A DNA stretch of 64,000 nucleotides from an uncultured delta proteobacterium (GTDB lineage Bacteria > Myxococcota > Myxococcia > Myxococcales > Anaeromyxobacteraceae): contig CAWBAO010000001.1 of the NCBI GenBank assembly GCA_963786945.1, positions 65,976-129,975 of the forward strand, read 5' to 3'. How positions within the stretch are numbered: the first letter of the stretch is position 1; the number at the start of each line of letters is the position of its first letter. The notes beneath the pieces are model-generated. The model saw only the letters and a program-made list of their open reading frames with translations. It had not been told where the DNA came from and did no database searches. The position numbers were made by a program, and so were the translations under genes. Positions 43,747 to 53,288 of the stretch are shown in pieces.

Positions 43747-44700
43747 ATGGCGACCATCCGGCAGAAGGCGCAGCCTCGCGCCGCCCCCGCGCAGGAACGC
43801 CGCAGCCACCTCGACTGGGGCCACCTGCGCTTCTTCCTCGAGCTGGTGCGGACCGGGAGCCACGCCCGCGCCGCCGGGCGCCTGGGCGTGGACCGCAACA
43901 CCGTGGCGCGCCACGTGGCGGCGCTGGAGGTGGAGCTGGGGCTGCCGCTCTTCGAGCGCGGGCCGCAGGGCTGGATCCAGACGGTGGCCGGCCAGGAGCT
44001 GGCCGAGCTGGCCGGCCGGGTCGAGGAGGACGTGCTGGCCCTGGCCCGCCACGCCGACGCCCGCGATCCGGCGCTGCGCGGCACGGCGCGGCTCACCACC
44101 GTGCCCCACCTGGCCACCCACCTGCTGGCCCCCGAGCTCCCGGCGCTGCGCCGGCGCCACCCCGAGCTGCTGCTGGAGGTGCTCGCCGACGCCCGGGCCT
44201 TCGACCTGTCGCGCCGGGAGGCCGACGTGGCGATGCGCCTGGGCCGCCCCGGCGACTCGGGCCTGGTGGCGCGTCGGCTGTCCGAGCTGGCCTTCGCCTT
44301 CTACGCGGCCGCCGCCACCGAGGCCGGGCGCCGCGGCGCGGTGGACACCGGCACCGACCCCTTCCTGGCCGACCACACCGACCTGCCGCAGGAGCGCTGG
44401 CTCGACCAGCTGGCGCCCCAGCCCCGGGTCGTCTTCCGCTGCAACAGCACCACCGCGCTCCACGCCGCGGCGCGCGACGGTCTCGGCGTGGTCCTGCTCC
44501 CCTGCTACATCGGCGACGCCGACCCGGTGCTGCGGCGGCTCGACGGGCCGGAGCCGCCCTCGCAGGAGATCTGGCTGCTGGTGCACGGCGACCTGCGCCG
44601 CACGCCGAGGGTCCGGGCCGTCATCGACTGGGTGGACGAGCTGGTGGGGCGGGCGAGACCGGCGCTGCTGGGGCGGCGCGACCCTCACGGACCGGCTTGA
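43747..44700 (+). CDS. LysR-family transcriptional regulator
   Basis: It has an HTH (FFLELVRTGSHARAAGRLGVDRNTVARHVAALE) and a LysR substrate-binding domain. Confidence 0.92.
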   Translation: MATIRQKAQPRAAPAQERRSHLDWGHLRFFLELVRTGSHARAAGRLGVDRNTVARHVAALEVELGLPLFERGPQGWIQTVAGQELAELAGRVEEDVLALARHADARDPALRGTARLTTVPHLATHLLAPELPALRRRHPELLLEVLADARAFDLSRREADVAMRLGRPGDSGLVARRLSELAFAFYAAAATEAGRRGAVDTGTDPFLADHTDLPQERWLDQLAPQPRVVFRCNSTTALHAAARDGLGVVLLPCYIGDADPVLRRLDGPEPPSQEIWLLVHGDLRRTPRVRAVIDWVDELVGRARPALLGRRDPHGPA

Positions 44701-44788
44701 ATCCCTTGCATTCGCGGCTCCAATCGGCCGACACTTTTCTCCCCGCTGCGCCACCCCCGAGCGCCCGAACCAGGAGCCAAGGAAACCC

Positions 44789-46099
44789 ATGAACAGGTCA
44801 AAGACGGCGTTGTCCCGATGGTCCTGTGCCCTCTCCCTCCTCCTCTTCTCCACCACCGCCCTCGCCCAGGCTCCGGCCGCGGCCCCGGCCGAGCAGAAGC
44901 CCTTCAAGATCGGCGTGGTCACCTTCCTCTCCGGCGCCGCCGCCGGCCCGTTCGGCGTCCCGGCCCGCAACAGCGCCGAGGTGCTGGTCGAGGCCCTCAA
45001 TGCCGGCAAGGTGCCCGGCGCCTATGCCAAGAAGGGGCTGGGCGGCCGCCCCATCGAGCTGGTCTTCATCGACGAGGCCGGCGGCGCCACCAAGCAGGTG
45101 AGCGAGTACCGCGACATCGTGCAGCGCCAGAACGTCGACGCCGTGATCGGCTACATCTCGAGCGGCGACTGCCTGGCGGTGGCGCCGGTGGCCGAGGAGC
45201 TGAAGAAGCTCACCCTCCTCTTCGACTGCGGCACGCCGCGCATCTTCGAGGACGGCAACTACAAGTACGTCTTCCGCACCGCGCCGCACGCCACCCTCGA
45301 CAACGTGGCGGCGGCCCGCTACGTGCTCGAGGTGAAGCCCAAGCTGAAGAAGGTCGCGGGCATCAACCAGAACTACGCCTGGGGCCAGGACTCCTGGAAC
45401 GACTTCGAGGCCGCCCTCAAGGCGCTCAAGCCCGACGTCACGGTCACGACCTCGCAGATGCCCAAGCTCGGCGCAGGCCAGTACGGCGCCGAGATCTCGG
45501 CCCTGATGGCCGGCAGCCCCGAGGTGATCCACTCCAGCTTCTGGGGTGGCGACCTCGACGCCCTCGTCCTGCAGGCCGCCCCGCGCGGGCTCTTCAAGAA
45601 GAGCACGGCGGTGCTCACCGCCGGCGAGACCGCCATGTACAAGCTGGCCGGGCAGCTCCCCGACGGCACGCTCATCGGCGCCCGCGGCGCCAACGGCGTC
45701 TTCGCGCCGGACAACGAGCTCAACCGCTGGTTCCGGACCACCTACACGGACCGCAACAGCCTGCCGCCCGTCTACCCGTCCTACCGCATGGCCCAGGCCA
45801 TCCTCGGCCTCAAGAGCGCGTACGAGAAGGCCCAGGGCGCCGGCGCCGAGGCGCCGTCCCAGGACCAGGTCATCGCCGCCTTCGAGGGGCTGACGTTCGA
45901 GTCGCCGAGCGGGACGGTCAAGATGGCGCTCGGGAAGGGCCACCAGGCCGTGTCGGAGGCGGTCTACGGCACCGTGAAGAACGTGGGCGGGAAGATCACC
46001 TTCGTGAACGTCAAGCGCTACCCGGCCGACCAGGTGCTGCCGCCGGAGGGCGTGAAGAGCGCCGACTGGATCAAGACCGCGCTCAAGCCCGCCAGGTAG
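44789..46099 (+). CDS. ABC transporter substrate-binding protein (Liv/amide-urea type, Peripla_BP_6-like)
   Basis: It has a signal peptide ending in ALAQA and KIGVVTFLSGAAAGPFG. It precedes the Liv-type permease genes. Confidence 0.9.
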   Translation: MNRSKTALSRWSCALSLLLFSTTALAQAPAAAPAEQKPFKIGVVTFLSGAAAGPFGVPARNSAEVLVEALNAGKVPGAYAKKGLGGRPIELVFIDEAGGATKQVSEYRDIVQRQNVDAVIGYISSGDCLAVAPVAEELKKLTLLFDCGTPRIFEDGNYKYVFRTAPHATLDNVAAARYVLEVKPKLKKVAGINQNYAWGQDSWNDFEAALKALKPDVTVTTSQMPKLGAGQYGAEISALMAGSPEVIHSSFWGGDLDALVLQAAPRGLFKKSTAVLTAGETAMYKLAGQLPDGTLIGARGANGVFAPDNELNRWFRTTYTDRNSLPPVYPSYRMAQAILGLKSAYEKAQGAGAEAPSQDQVIAAFEGLTFESPSGTVKMALGKGHQAVSEAVYGTVKNVGGKITFVNVKRYPADQVLPPEGVKSADWIKTALKPAR

Positions 46100-46138
46100 G
46101 CGCGCCCCGACCACGTCCACCAGGAGGGCTGGCGTCAC

Positions 46139-47035
46139 ATGAGCACGCTCATCGCCGTCCTGGTGGACGGGGTCATCTACGCCTCGTGGCTCTTCATCAT
46201 CGCCGCGGGGCTGACCATCATCTACGGCGTCATGCGCATCCTCAACATGGCGCATGGCAGCCTCTACGCCCTGGGCGCCTACACCGCCGCCTCGCTGGCC
46301 GGCGCCTGGCTCCGGGCCGGCTTCCCGCCCATGTGGAGCTACGCCGTGCTGGTGGTGTCGGCGCTGCTGGTGGGACTGGTGGTGGGGCCGCTCATCGAGC
46401 GTGGGCTGCTGCGCTTCTGCTACGGCCGGGACGAGGTGGTGCTGGTGCTGGTCACCTACGCCCTCTTCCTCATCCTCGAGGACGCCATGAAGCTGGTGTG
46501 GGGGGTCGAGGCCTGGTTCGTCTCCGAGCCCTACGGCCTGCTCGGCATCGTCGAGTTCGGGCCGCTCTCCTACCCGGTCTACAGCGCGGTGATGGTGGTG
46601 GCGGCCGTGGCGGTCGGCCTGGCGCTCCGCTGGGGCATCTACGGCACCCGGCAGGGCAAGCTGCTGGTGGCGGTGATCCACGACCGGGAGGTGAGCGCGG
46701 CGCTGGGCATCAACGTGAACCGCATCTTCCTGGTGACCTTCATGATGGGCACCACGCTGGCGGCGCTGGGCGGCGCGCTCACCGCCCCGACCGTCTCGGT
46801 GGTGCCGGGGATGGGGGTCGAGACCATCGTGCTGGCCTTCGCCGTGGTGGTGATCGGCGGCCTGGGGAGCATGCCCGGGGCCGCCATCGGCTCGATCATC
46901 GTCGGGCTGGTCCGTTCCGGCGCGGTGCACTGGCTGCCGGAGGTCGAGCTCTTCAGCATCTACCTGGTCATGGCCCTGGTCCTGGCCTTCCGGCCCCGCG
47001 GCCTGTTCGTCGCGGTCGAGGCGCGCAAGATATGA
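46139..47035 (+). CDS. branched-chain amino acid-type ABC permease (LivH-like)
   Basis: It is a polytopic protein with an N.AHGS.Y.LGAY motif. Confidence 0.9.
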   Translation: MSTLIAVLVDGVIYASWLFIIAAGLTIIYGVMRILNMAHGSLYALGAYTAASLAGAWLRAGFPPMWSYAVLVVSALLVGLVVGPLIERGLLRFCYGRDEVVLVLVTYALFLILEDAMKLVWGVEAWFVSEPYGLLGIVEFGPLSYPVYSAVMVVAAVAVGLALRWGIYGTRQGKLLVAVIHDREVSAALGINVNRIFLVTFMMGTTLAALGGALTAPTVSVVPGMGVETIVLAFAVVVIGGLGSMPGAAIGSIIVGLVRSGAVHWLPEVELFSIYLVMALVLAFRPRGLFVAVEARKI

Positions 47036-47976
47036 CCTCGTCGCGGCGCACGGTCCAGGGGCTGGCGGTGACGCTGCTGGTGGCGGGCGTGGCCGCACCC
47101 TTCCTGCCCCGCTGGGCCGGCTTCCTCATCACCATCGCCATCGCCAAGGCGCTGGTGGCGCTGGGGCTCCTGCTCCTGATGCGCACCGGCCTGGTCTCCT
47201 TCGGGCAGGGGCTCTACTTCGCCATCGGCGCCTACTCCGCCGGGATCGGGGCCGACGCGCTCAAGCTCACCGACGCGGTGCCCATGGTGCTGCTGGGCGC
47301 GGTGGCCGCGGGGCTGGTGGCCGCGCTGCTGGGGCTGCTGCTGGCCCGCTACCGCACCATCTTCTTCGCCATGCTCAGCCTGGCCTTCTCCATGATCCTC
47401 TACGGGCTGCTGGTGAAGTCCTCGGCGCTGGGCTCGACCGACGGCTTCAACGTCGCCGCCAGGACCGTGTTCGGGCTGGACGTGGCCGGTCCGGTGGGCC
47501 GCTTCGGCGTCTACGGGCTGGCGGCGCTGGTGGCCTTCCTCGGCGCCGTGGGGGTCGACCGCTACCTGCGCACCCACCTCGGCCGCCTGGCCCCGGCCAT
47601 CCGCGACAACGAGCTGCGCGTCGAGTACATGGGCGCCTCGGTCCGCAACGTGGTGCACCTGCACCTGGTCATCGCCGCGGTCCTGGCCGGCGCCGGCGGC
47701 GCGCTCACCGCGCTGGCGGTGGGCCACGTCGACCCGGAGACCGCCTACTGGACCACCTCCGGCGAGTTCGTCTTCGTGGCCATCCTCTCCGGGACCTCCA
47801 GCGTGGCCGCCCCGTTCGCCGGCTCGCTCCTGCTCGAGCTGCTGCGGAGCTTCGCCTACGAGCACGCCCCCAACACCTGGCAGCTGGTGATGGGCGGCGT
47901 GATGCTGGCGGTCATCCTCTTCCTGCCGGAGGGGCTCTGGTCGGTGTTCCGGCGGCGCCGCAGGAGCGCGACATGA
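47032..47976 (+). CDS. branched-chain amino acid-type ABC permease (LivM-like)
   Basis: This is the tail of ORF 44818..47976. It has GLVSFGQG.YFAIGAY, and its start overlaps the LivH-like stop (ATGA). Confidence 0.9.
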   Translation: MTSSRRTVQGLAVTLLVAGVAAPFLPRWAGFLITIAIAKALVALGLLLLMRTGLVSFGQGLYFAIGAYSAGIGADALKLTDAVPMVLLGAVAAGLVAALLGLLLARYRTIFFAMLSLAFSMILYGLLVKSSALGSTDGFNVAARTVFGLDVAGPVGRFGVYGLAALVAFLGAVGVDRYLRTHLGRLAPAIRDNELRVEYMGASVRNVVHLHLVIAAVLAGAGGALTALAVGHVDPETAYWTTSGEFVFVAILSGTSSVAAPFAGSLLLELLRSFAYEHAPNTWQLVMGGVMLAVILFLPEGLWSVFRRRRRSAT

Positions 47977-48746
47977 CCGCCATCCTGAGGACCACCGGCC
48001 TCACCAAGACCTTCGGCGCGGTGACCGCCGCCAACGCCCTCGACGTCTCCATCGAGGCCGGCAGCGTGGTGGGGCTGATCGGCGGCAACGGCGCCGGCAA
48101 GACCACCTTCATCAACCTGGTGACCGGCTACCTCAAGCCCACCGCCGGCAAGGTCCACTTCGACGGGCGGGACATCACCGGCCAGCCCCCCCGGCGAATC
48201 ACCCGGCTCGGCCTGTGCCGCTCGTTCCAGATCCCCCAGGTCTTCGACAGCCTGACCGCGTACGAGAACCTGCTGGTCGGGCTGGGCATCGTCGCCATGG
48301 GGCGCAAGGCCTTCGTCGGCAGCGCCCTCGGCCAGCAGCCTCCCGAGGCCGTGGCCGAGGAGATGCTGCAGCGCTTCCGGCTCGGACCCTACCGCGACCA
48401 GCTGGCCAGCACCCTGCCGGAGGGGGTGCGCAAGCTCCTCGACATCGCCATGGCCCTGGCGGTGAAGCCCCGCATCCTGCTCCTCGACGAGCCCACCAGC
48501 GGCGTCTCCGCCGACGAGAAGTTCACCCTCATGGACCTGGTGCTCGAGGCCATCCGCGCCGAGGGCGTGACGGTGCTCTTCGTCGAGCACGACATGGAGG
48601 TGGTGCGGCGCTACGTGCAGCGCATCCTGGCCTTCTACGAGGGGCGCATCATCGCCGACGGGGCCCCGGCCGAGGTGATGGCCCACCCCGAGGTGCGCCG
48701 CCTGGTGGTGGGCGAGGCCCGCCAGGACGGGGAGGGGTCGTGCTGA
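47973..48746 (+). CDS. ABC transporter ATP-binding protein (LivG-like)
   Basis: It has a Walker A (GGNGAGKTT) and a Walker B (LLLDEPTSG). Its start overlaps the upstream stop (ATGA). Confidence 0.9.
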   Translation: MTAILRTTGLTKTFGAVTAANALDVSIEAGSVVGLIGGNGAGKTTFINLVTGYLKPTAGKVHFDGRDITGQPPRRITRLGLCRSFQIPQVFDSLTAYENLLVGLGIVAMGRKAFVGSALGQQPPEAVAEEMLQRFRLGPYRDQLASTLPEGVRKLLDIAMALAVKPRILLLDEPTSGVSADEKFTLMDLVLEAIRAEGVTVLFVEHDMEVVRRYVQRILAFYEGRIIADGAPAEVMAHPEVRRLVVGEARQDGEGSC

Positions 48747-49393
48747 GCATCGAGGCCCTCGACGTCTCCATCAAGTCGGTCCGCATCCTGCGCGGCGTCT
48801 CGCTGCGGCTGGCCCCGGGGCAGATGGCCGGGTTGATCGGCCGCAACGGCGCGGGCAAGACCACCCTGATGCGCGCCATCATCGGCGCCCTCCCGGCCAG
48901 CGCCGGGACCATCACCCTGGCGGGGAAGCCGCTCGACGGGATCAGCTCCTTCCAGCGGGCCCGCCTCGGCATCGGCTACATGCCGGAGGACCGCCGCATC
49001 ATCCCCCAGCTCTCCATCGAGGAGAACATCCTCCTGCCGGCCTGGGCCTCGGGCGCGCCCGCCGCGGCCGAGCGGCTGGCCCGCATCTACCAGCTCATCC
49101 CCGAGGTGGCCGGCTGGAAGGAGCGCAAGGGGCTCCAGCTCTCCGGCGGCCAGCAGAAGCTGGCGGCGCTGGCCCGGGCCTTCATGAGCGGCACCCGGGT
49201 CCTGCTCCTCGACGAGCCCTTCGAGGGCGTGGCCCCGGTGCTGGCCCAGCGGCTGGCCGAGGTGGTGGGGCAGCTCCGCACCGAGGGGATCTCGGTCCTG
49301 CTCTCGGAGTCCGACCTGTCCCACTCCAGGAAGCTGCTCGACGTGGTCTACCAGATCGATCGCGGGCAGGTGCACGGCCCGCCCCCGGCCTGA
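48740..49393 (+). CDS. ABC transporter ATP-binding protein (LivF-like)
   Basis: This is the tail of ORF 48215..49393. It has GRNGAGKTT, LSGGQQK and LLLDEP motifs. The GTG at 48740 overlaps the LivG-like stop region. Confidence 0.9.
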   Translation: MLSIEALDVSIKSVRILRGVSLRLAPGQMAGLIGRNGAGKTTLMRAIIGALPASAGTITLAGKPLDGISSFQRARLGIGYMPEDRRIIPQLSIEENILLPAWASGAPAAAERLARIYQLIPEVAGWKERKGLQLSGGQQKLAALARAFMSGTRVLLLDEPFEGVAPVLAQRLAEVVGQLRTEGISVLLSESDLSHSRKLLDVVYQIDRGQVHGPPPA

Positions 49394-49413
49394 CCCGGGA
49401 AGGAGCGACCCAC

Positions 49414-50541
49414 ATGAAGACCACCGCCGCCGTGCTGCGCGCCGTCACCACCGCCCGCCCCTACGCCGACTCCCGGCCGCTCCAGCTCGAGGAGGTCGAG
49501 CTGGGCGCGCCACGCGCCGGCGAGCTGCTGATCCGGGTGGAGGCGGCCAGCGTCTGCCACTCGGACGTCTCGGTGGTGGACGGCTCGCGGGTCCGCCCGC
49601 TGCCCATGGCGCTGGGCCACGAGGCCGCCGGCGTGGTCGAGGAGGTCGGCCCCGGGGTGCGCGACGTCAAGCCGGGCGACCACGTGGTGCTCACCTTCGT
49701 GCCCAGCTGCGGGACCTGCCCCGAGTGCTCCTCGGGGCGGCCGGCGCTCTGCACGCCGGGGGCGGCCGCCAACGGCGCCGGCACGCTGCTGCACGGCCCG
49801 TCCCTGCTCCGCGACCGCGGCGGCCAGGTCATCCACCACCACCTCGGCGTCTCCGGCTTCGCGCGCCACGCCGTGGTGGCCCGCGAGTCGGCGGTGGTGA
49901 TCCCCGCCGACGTGCCGCTCGCCACCGCGGCGCTCTTCGGCTGCGCCGTGCTCACCGGCGCCGGCGCGGTGCTCAACACCGCCGCGGTCCGCCCCGGCCA
50001 GTCGGTGGCCGTCTTCGGCCTCGGCGGGGTCGGGCTGGCCTCGGTGATGGCGGCCAACGTGGCCGGGGCGGCGACCATCGTGGCGGTGGACCCGGTCGAG
50101 GCCAAGCGGCGGCTGGCCCTGGAGCTGGGGGCCACCCACGCCTTCGGGCCCGAGGAGGCCGAGGCCGCGGTGAAGGACCTGACCGGCGGCGGCGCCGAGG
50201 TCAGCTTCGAGGCGGCCGGCGTGCCCGCGGTGCTCGAGGCCGCCTTCCGCTCGACGCGCCGCGGAGGGACCACGGTGGCCATGGGGCTGCCGCACCCCTC
50301 CCGCACCCTGACCCTGCCGGCGCTGGCCTTCGCCGGGCTGGGCCAGTCCCTGGTCGGCTCCTACATGGGGTCCTCCTCCCCGCAGCGGGACATCCCCCGC
50401 TACCTCGCGCTGTGGAAGAAGGGGCGGCTGCCGGTGGATCGCCTGCAGAGCGCCACCCTTCCTCTCGACCAGATCAACGAGGCCTTCGAGGCCCTGGCGG
50501 CCGGCGCGGCGGTGCGCCAGGTCCTGCGCCCCCAGGGCTGA
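49414..50541 (+). CDS. zinc-dependent alcohol dehydrogenase family protein
   Basis: It has the CHSD...GHEAAGVVEEVG Zn site, a structural-Zn Cys cluster (CGTCPEC...C) and GLGGVG. Confidence 0.9.
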   Translation: MKTTAAVLRAVTTARPYADSRPLQLEEVELGAPRAGELLIRVEAASVCHSDVSVVDGSRVRPLPMALGHEAAGVVEEVGPGVRDVKPGDHVVLTFVPSCGTCPECSSGRPALCTPGAAANGAGTLLHGPSLLRDRGGQVIHHHLGVSGFARHAVVARESAVVIPADVPLATAALFGCAVLTGAGAVLNTAAVRPGQSVAVFGLGGVGLASVMAANVAGAATIVAVDPVEAKRRLALELGATHAFGPEEAEAAVKDLTGGGAEVSFEAAGVPAVLEAAFRSTRRGGTTVAMGLPHPSRTLTLPALAFAGLGQSLVGSYMGSSSPQRDIPRYLALWKKGRLPVDRLQSATLPLDQINEAFEALAAGAAVRQVLRPQG

Positions 50542-50577
50542 GCCACCCGCCTTCCCGTCCCAGCAGAGGAGACCACC

Positions 50578-51942
50578 ATGGCCATCGAGACCCTGAACCC
50601 CGCCACCGGCGAGCTGCTCAAGACCTTCCCCGAGATGGAGCCGCCCGAGGTGGACCGCATCCTCACCGCCGCCGTGGCGGCCCAGCGCGACTGGGCGCGC
50701 CGGCCCTTCTCCGAGCGCGCCGTCCCCATGCGCAAGGTGGCCCAGCTGCTGCGCGAGCGGGCCCAGGACTACGGCCGGATCATGGCGCTGGAGATGGGCA
50801 AGCCCCTCAAGGACGGCGCCGCCGAGGTGACCAAGTGCGCCTGGGTCTGCGAGTACTACGCCGAGCAGGCCGAGCGGCAGCTGGCGCCGCGCCCCGAGCC
50901 GAGCGACGCCGGCCAGAGCTACGTGCGCTACGACCCGCTGGGCGTGGTCCTGGCCGTCATGCCCTGGAACTTCCCCTTCTGGCAGGTGTTCCGCTTCATC
51001 GCCCCGCACCTGATGGCCGGGAACGGCGGCGTGCTCAAGCACGCCTCCAACGTCCCGCAGTGCGCGCTGGCCATCGAGCAGGTCATGCACGACGCCGGCT
51101 TCCCCCCGGCGCTCTTCCGCACCGTGCTGGTCGGCGCCCGCCGGGTGCGCGCCCTCATCATGGACGACCGCATCGCGGCGGTCACCATCACCGGCAGCGA
51201 GCCGGCCGGGCGGCAGGTGGCGGCCGCCGCCGGCGAGGCGCTCAAGCCCTCGGTCATGGAGCTGGGCGGATCGGACCCCTTCATCGTGCTGGCCGACGCC
51301 GACCTGGACGCGGCCGCCAAGGTGGCGGCGGTGGCCCGCACCATCAACGCCGGCCAGAGCTGCATCTGCGCCAAGCGGTTCATCGTGGAGGCCCCGGCCT
51401 ACGACGCCTTCCTGGAGAAGCTCACCGCGGCCATGAAGGCGGTGCGCATGGGCGACCCCACCGAGGCCACCTCCGACATCGGCCCGCAGGCGCGCCGCGA
51501 GCTGCGCGACGAGCTGCACGGGCAGGTGACCCAGGCCATCGCCGAGGGGGCCCGGCCGCTGCTGGGCTGCCAGGTGCCGCCCGGCCCGGGGGCCTTCTAC
51601 CCGCCCAGCGTGCTGGCCGACGTCAAGCCCGGCACCCTGGCGGCGCGCGAGGAGCTCTTCGGCCCGGTGGCGGCGGTGATGAAGGCCCGGGACGCCGACG
51701 ACGCGGTGGCCATCGCCAACGACTCCCGCTTCGGGCTGGGCGCCTCGCTCTGGACCAGCAGCGCCGCGACCATCGAGCGGCTGGTGCCGCGCATCGAGGC
51801 CGGCGCCGTCTTCGTGAACGGGATGGTGAAGAGCGACCCCCGCCTCCCCTTCGGCGGCGTGAAGTGCTCGGGCTACGGCCGCGAGCTGGGGCTGGAGGGC
51901 ATCCGCGCCTTCGTCAACGTGAAGACGGTCTGGGTGAAGTAG
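50578..51942 (+). CDS. NAD(P)-dependent aldehyde dehydrogenase (succinate-semialdehyde dehydrogenase-like)
   Basis: It has PWNFPFWQ, ITGS, ELGG and GQSCI catalytic-Cys motifs. Confidence 0.93.
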   Translation: MAIETLNPATGELLKTFPEMEPPEVDRILTAAVAAQRDWARRPFSERAVPMRKVAQLLRERAQDYGRIMALEMGKPLKDGAAEVTKCAWVCEYYAEQAERQLAPRPEPSDAGQSYVRYDPLGVVLAVMPWNFPFWQVFRFIAPHLMAGNGGVLKHASNVPQCALAIEQVMHDAGFPPALFRTVLVGARRVRALIMDDRIAAVTITGSEPAGRQVAAAAGEALKPSVMELGGSDPFIVLADADLDAAAKVAAVARTINAGQSCICAKRFIVEAPAYDAFLEKLTAAMKAVRMGDPTEATSDIGPQARRELRDELHGQVTQAIAEGARPLLGCQVPPGPGAFYPPSVLADVKPGTLAAREELFGPVAAVMKARDADDAVAIANDSRFGLGASLWTSSAATIERLVPRIEAGAVFVNGMVKSDPRLPFGGVKCSGYGRELGLEGIRAFVNVKTVWVK

Positions 51943-51955
51943 CCGGGGAGCGCGC

Positions 51956-52249
51956 ATGGCCTTCGTCGTCATCGCCAGCTGGAAGGCCAGGGCCGGCGAG
52001 GAGGGGCGCATCCGGGCCATCCTCGAGCGGATGGCCGCCGCCTCCCGCCGGGAGCCCGGGTGCCAGGCCTACCAGGCCCAGGTCTCCCTCCAGGACCCGA
52101 CCCGGTTCCTCCTCTACGAGCGGTACGCGGACGCCGGGGCCTTCGACGCGCACAAGGCCAGCGAGCACTTCCAGCGGCTGGTGGTCGGCGACGCCCTGCC
52201 GCTCCTCGAGGCCAGGGAGGTCTCCACCTGGCAGCCCCTCGGGGACTGA
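51956..52249 (+). CDS. antibiotic-biosynthesis-monooxygenase (ABM) fold protein
   Basis: It is 97 aa. The pattern EPGC..Y.....DP..F.LYE.Y.D..A...H..S.HF is present. Confidence 0.8.
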   Translation: MAFVVIASWKARAGEEGRIRAILERMAAASRREPGCQAYQAQVSLQDPTRFLLYERYADAGAFDAHKASEHFQRLVVGDALPLLEAREVSTWQPLGD

Positions 52250-52283
52250 GGCAGCTGGCCGGCGGCGGGCGCGGCCGGGCCGG

Positions 52284-53288
52284 TCAGGCCGAGGTCGGGC
52301 GCTCCCGCCCCTTGAACACCCGGAAGAGGAGCCAGAGGCTGGGGAGGAGCGTGAGCGCACCGGCCGCCAGCGCGCCGAGCAGCAGCGCCATGGTCCGCTC
52401 CGGCGCCACCGCGGAGGCCAGCGTCACGTCGGGCACCACGAGGAACGGGTACTGCGCCGCGCCCCACCCGGCCACGATGAGCGAGGCCTGCGCCGCGGCC
52501 AGCAGGCGCGCCAGGCGGTAGCGGCGGGTGAGGAGGGCGGCCAGCGCGCCGCTGGCGGCCGCGCCGGTGGCCAGCTGGAGCGGGATCGACCAGGGCCGGG
52601 CGGTCAGCCCCTCGAAGACCAGGGGCGCCTCGCGCGCCGAGAGCGCCGCGGCGGCGGCCGCCGCCAGGAAGGTGGCCAGGCCGGCCCCCAGGGCGCGCCG
52701 CCGGAAGTCCTCCCGCAGGTCCCCCTCCGCCTCCACCGTCAGGTAGACCGCGGCCAGGAGGGCGAAGAGGGCCGCCGCCAGGAGGCCGGTCGAGACCGTG
52801 AACGGGGTGAGCCAGGCCAGCGGCGACGAGGTCGGGGTGCCGTCGGCCGCCACCCGGAGCCGGCCGGAGGCAAGCGCCCCCACCACCGCGCCCAGGGTGA
52901 GCGGCGCCAGCACGCTCGACGCCGAGAACACCAGGCCCCAGCGCGCCTGGGTGGCGTCCCGGCCGGCGGAGGCGCGGAAGGCGAAGGCCGAGCCGCGCAG
53001 CACGATGCCGAAGAGGAGCAGCGTCAGGGGCACGAAGGCGGTGGTGGAGACGGCGGCGAAGGCGGCGGGGAAGCCGGTGAAGAGCACCACCACCACGAGG
53101 ATGAGCCAGACGTGGTTGGCCTCCCAGATGGGCCCGATGGCGCGCTCCACCAGCGCGCGCTGGGCCGCCTTGCGGGGACCGGCCGCCAGCAGGTCCCAGA
53201 TGCCGCCGCCGAAGTCGGCGCCGCCGAGGAGCGCGTAGAGGATCAGCGACCCCAGCATCGCCAGCCCCGCGGCCGTCGCCAGGGTCAT
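52284..53288 (-). CDS. cydB: cytochrome d ubiquinol oxidase subunit II
   Basis: This is the tail of ORF 52284..55793. It has GGADFGGGIWDL and WEANHVWLI motifs. The ATG at 53288 overlaps the cydA stop (ATGA). Confidence 0.9.
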   Translation of the reverse strand: MTLATAAGLAMLGSLILYALLGGADFGGGIWDLLAAGPRKAAQRALVERAIGPIWEANHVWLILVVVVLFTGFPAAFAAVSTTAFVPLTLLLFGIVLRGSAFAFRASAGRDATQARWGLVFSASSVLAPLTLGAVVGALASGRLRVAADGTPTSSPLAWLTPFTVSTGLLAAALFALLAAVYLTVEAEGDLREDFRRRALGAGLATFLAAAAAAALSAREAPLVFEGLTARPWSIPLQLATGAAASGALAALLTRRYRLARLLAAAQASLIVAGWGAAQYPFLVVPDVTLASAVAPERTMALLLGALAAGALTLLPSLWLLFRVFKGRERPTSA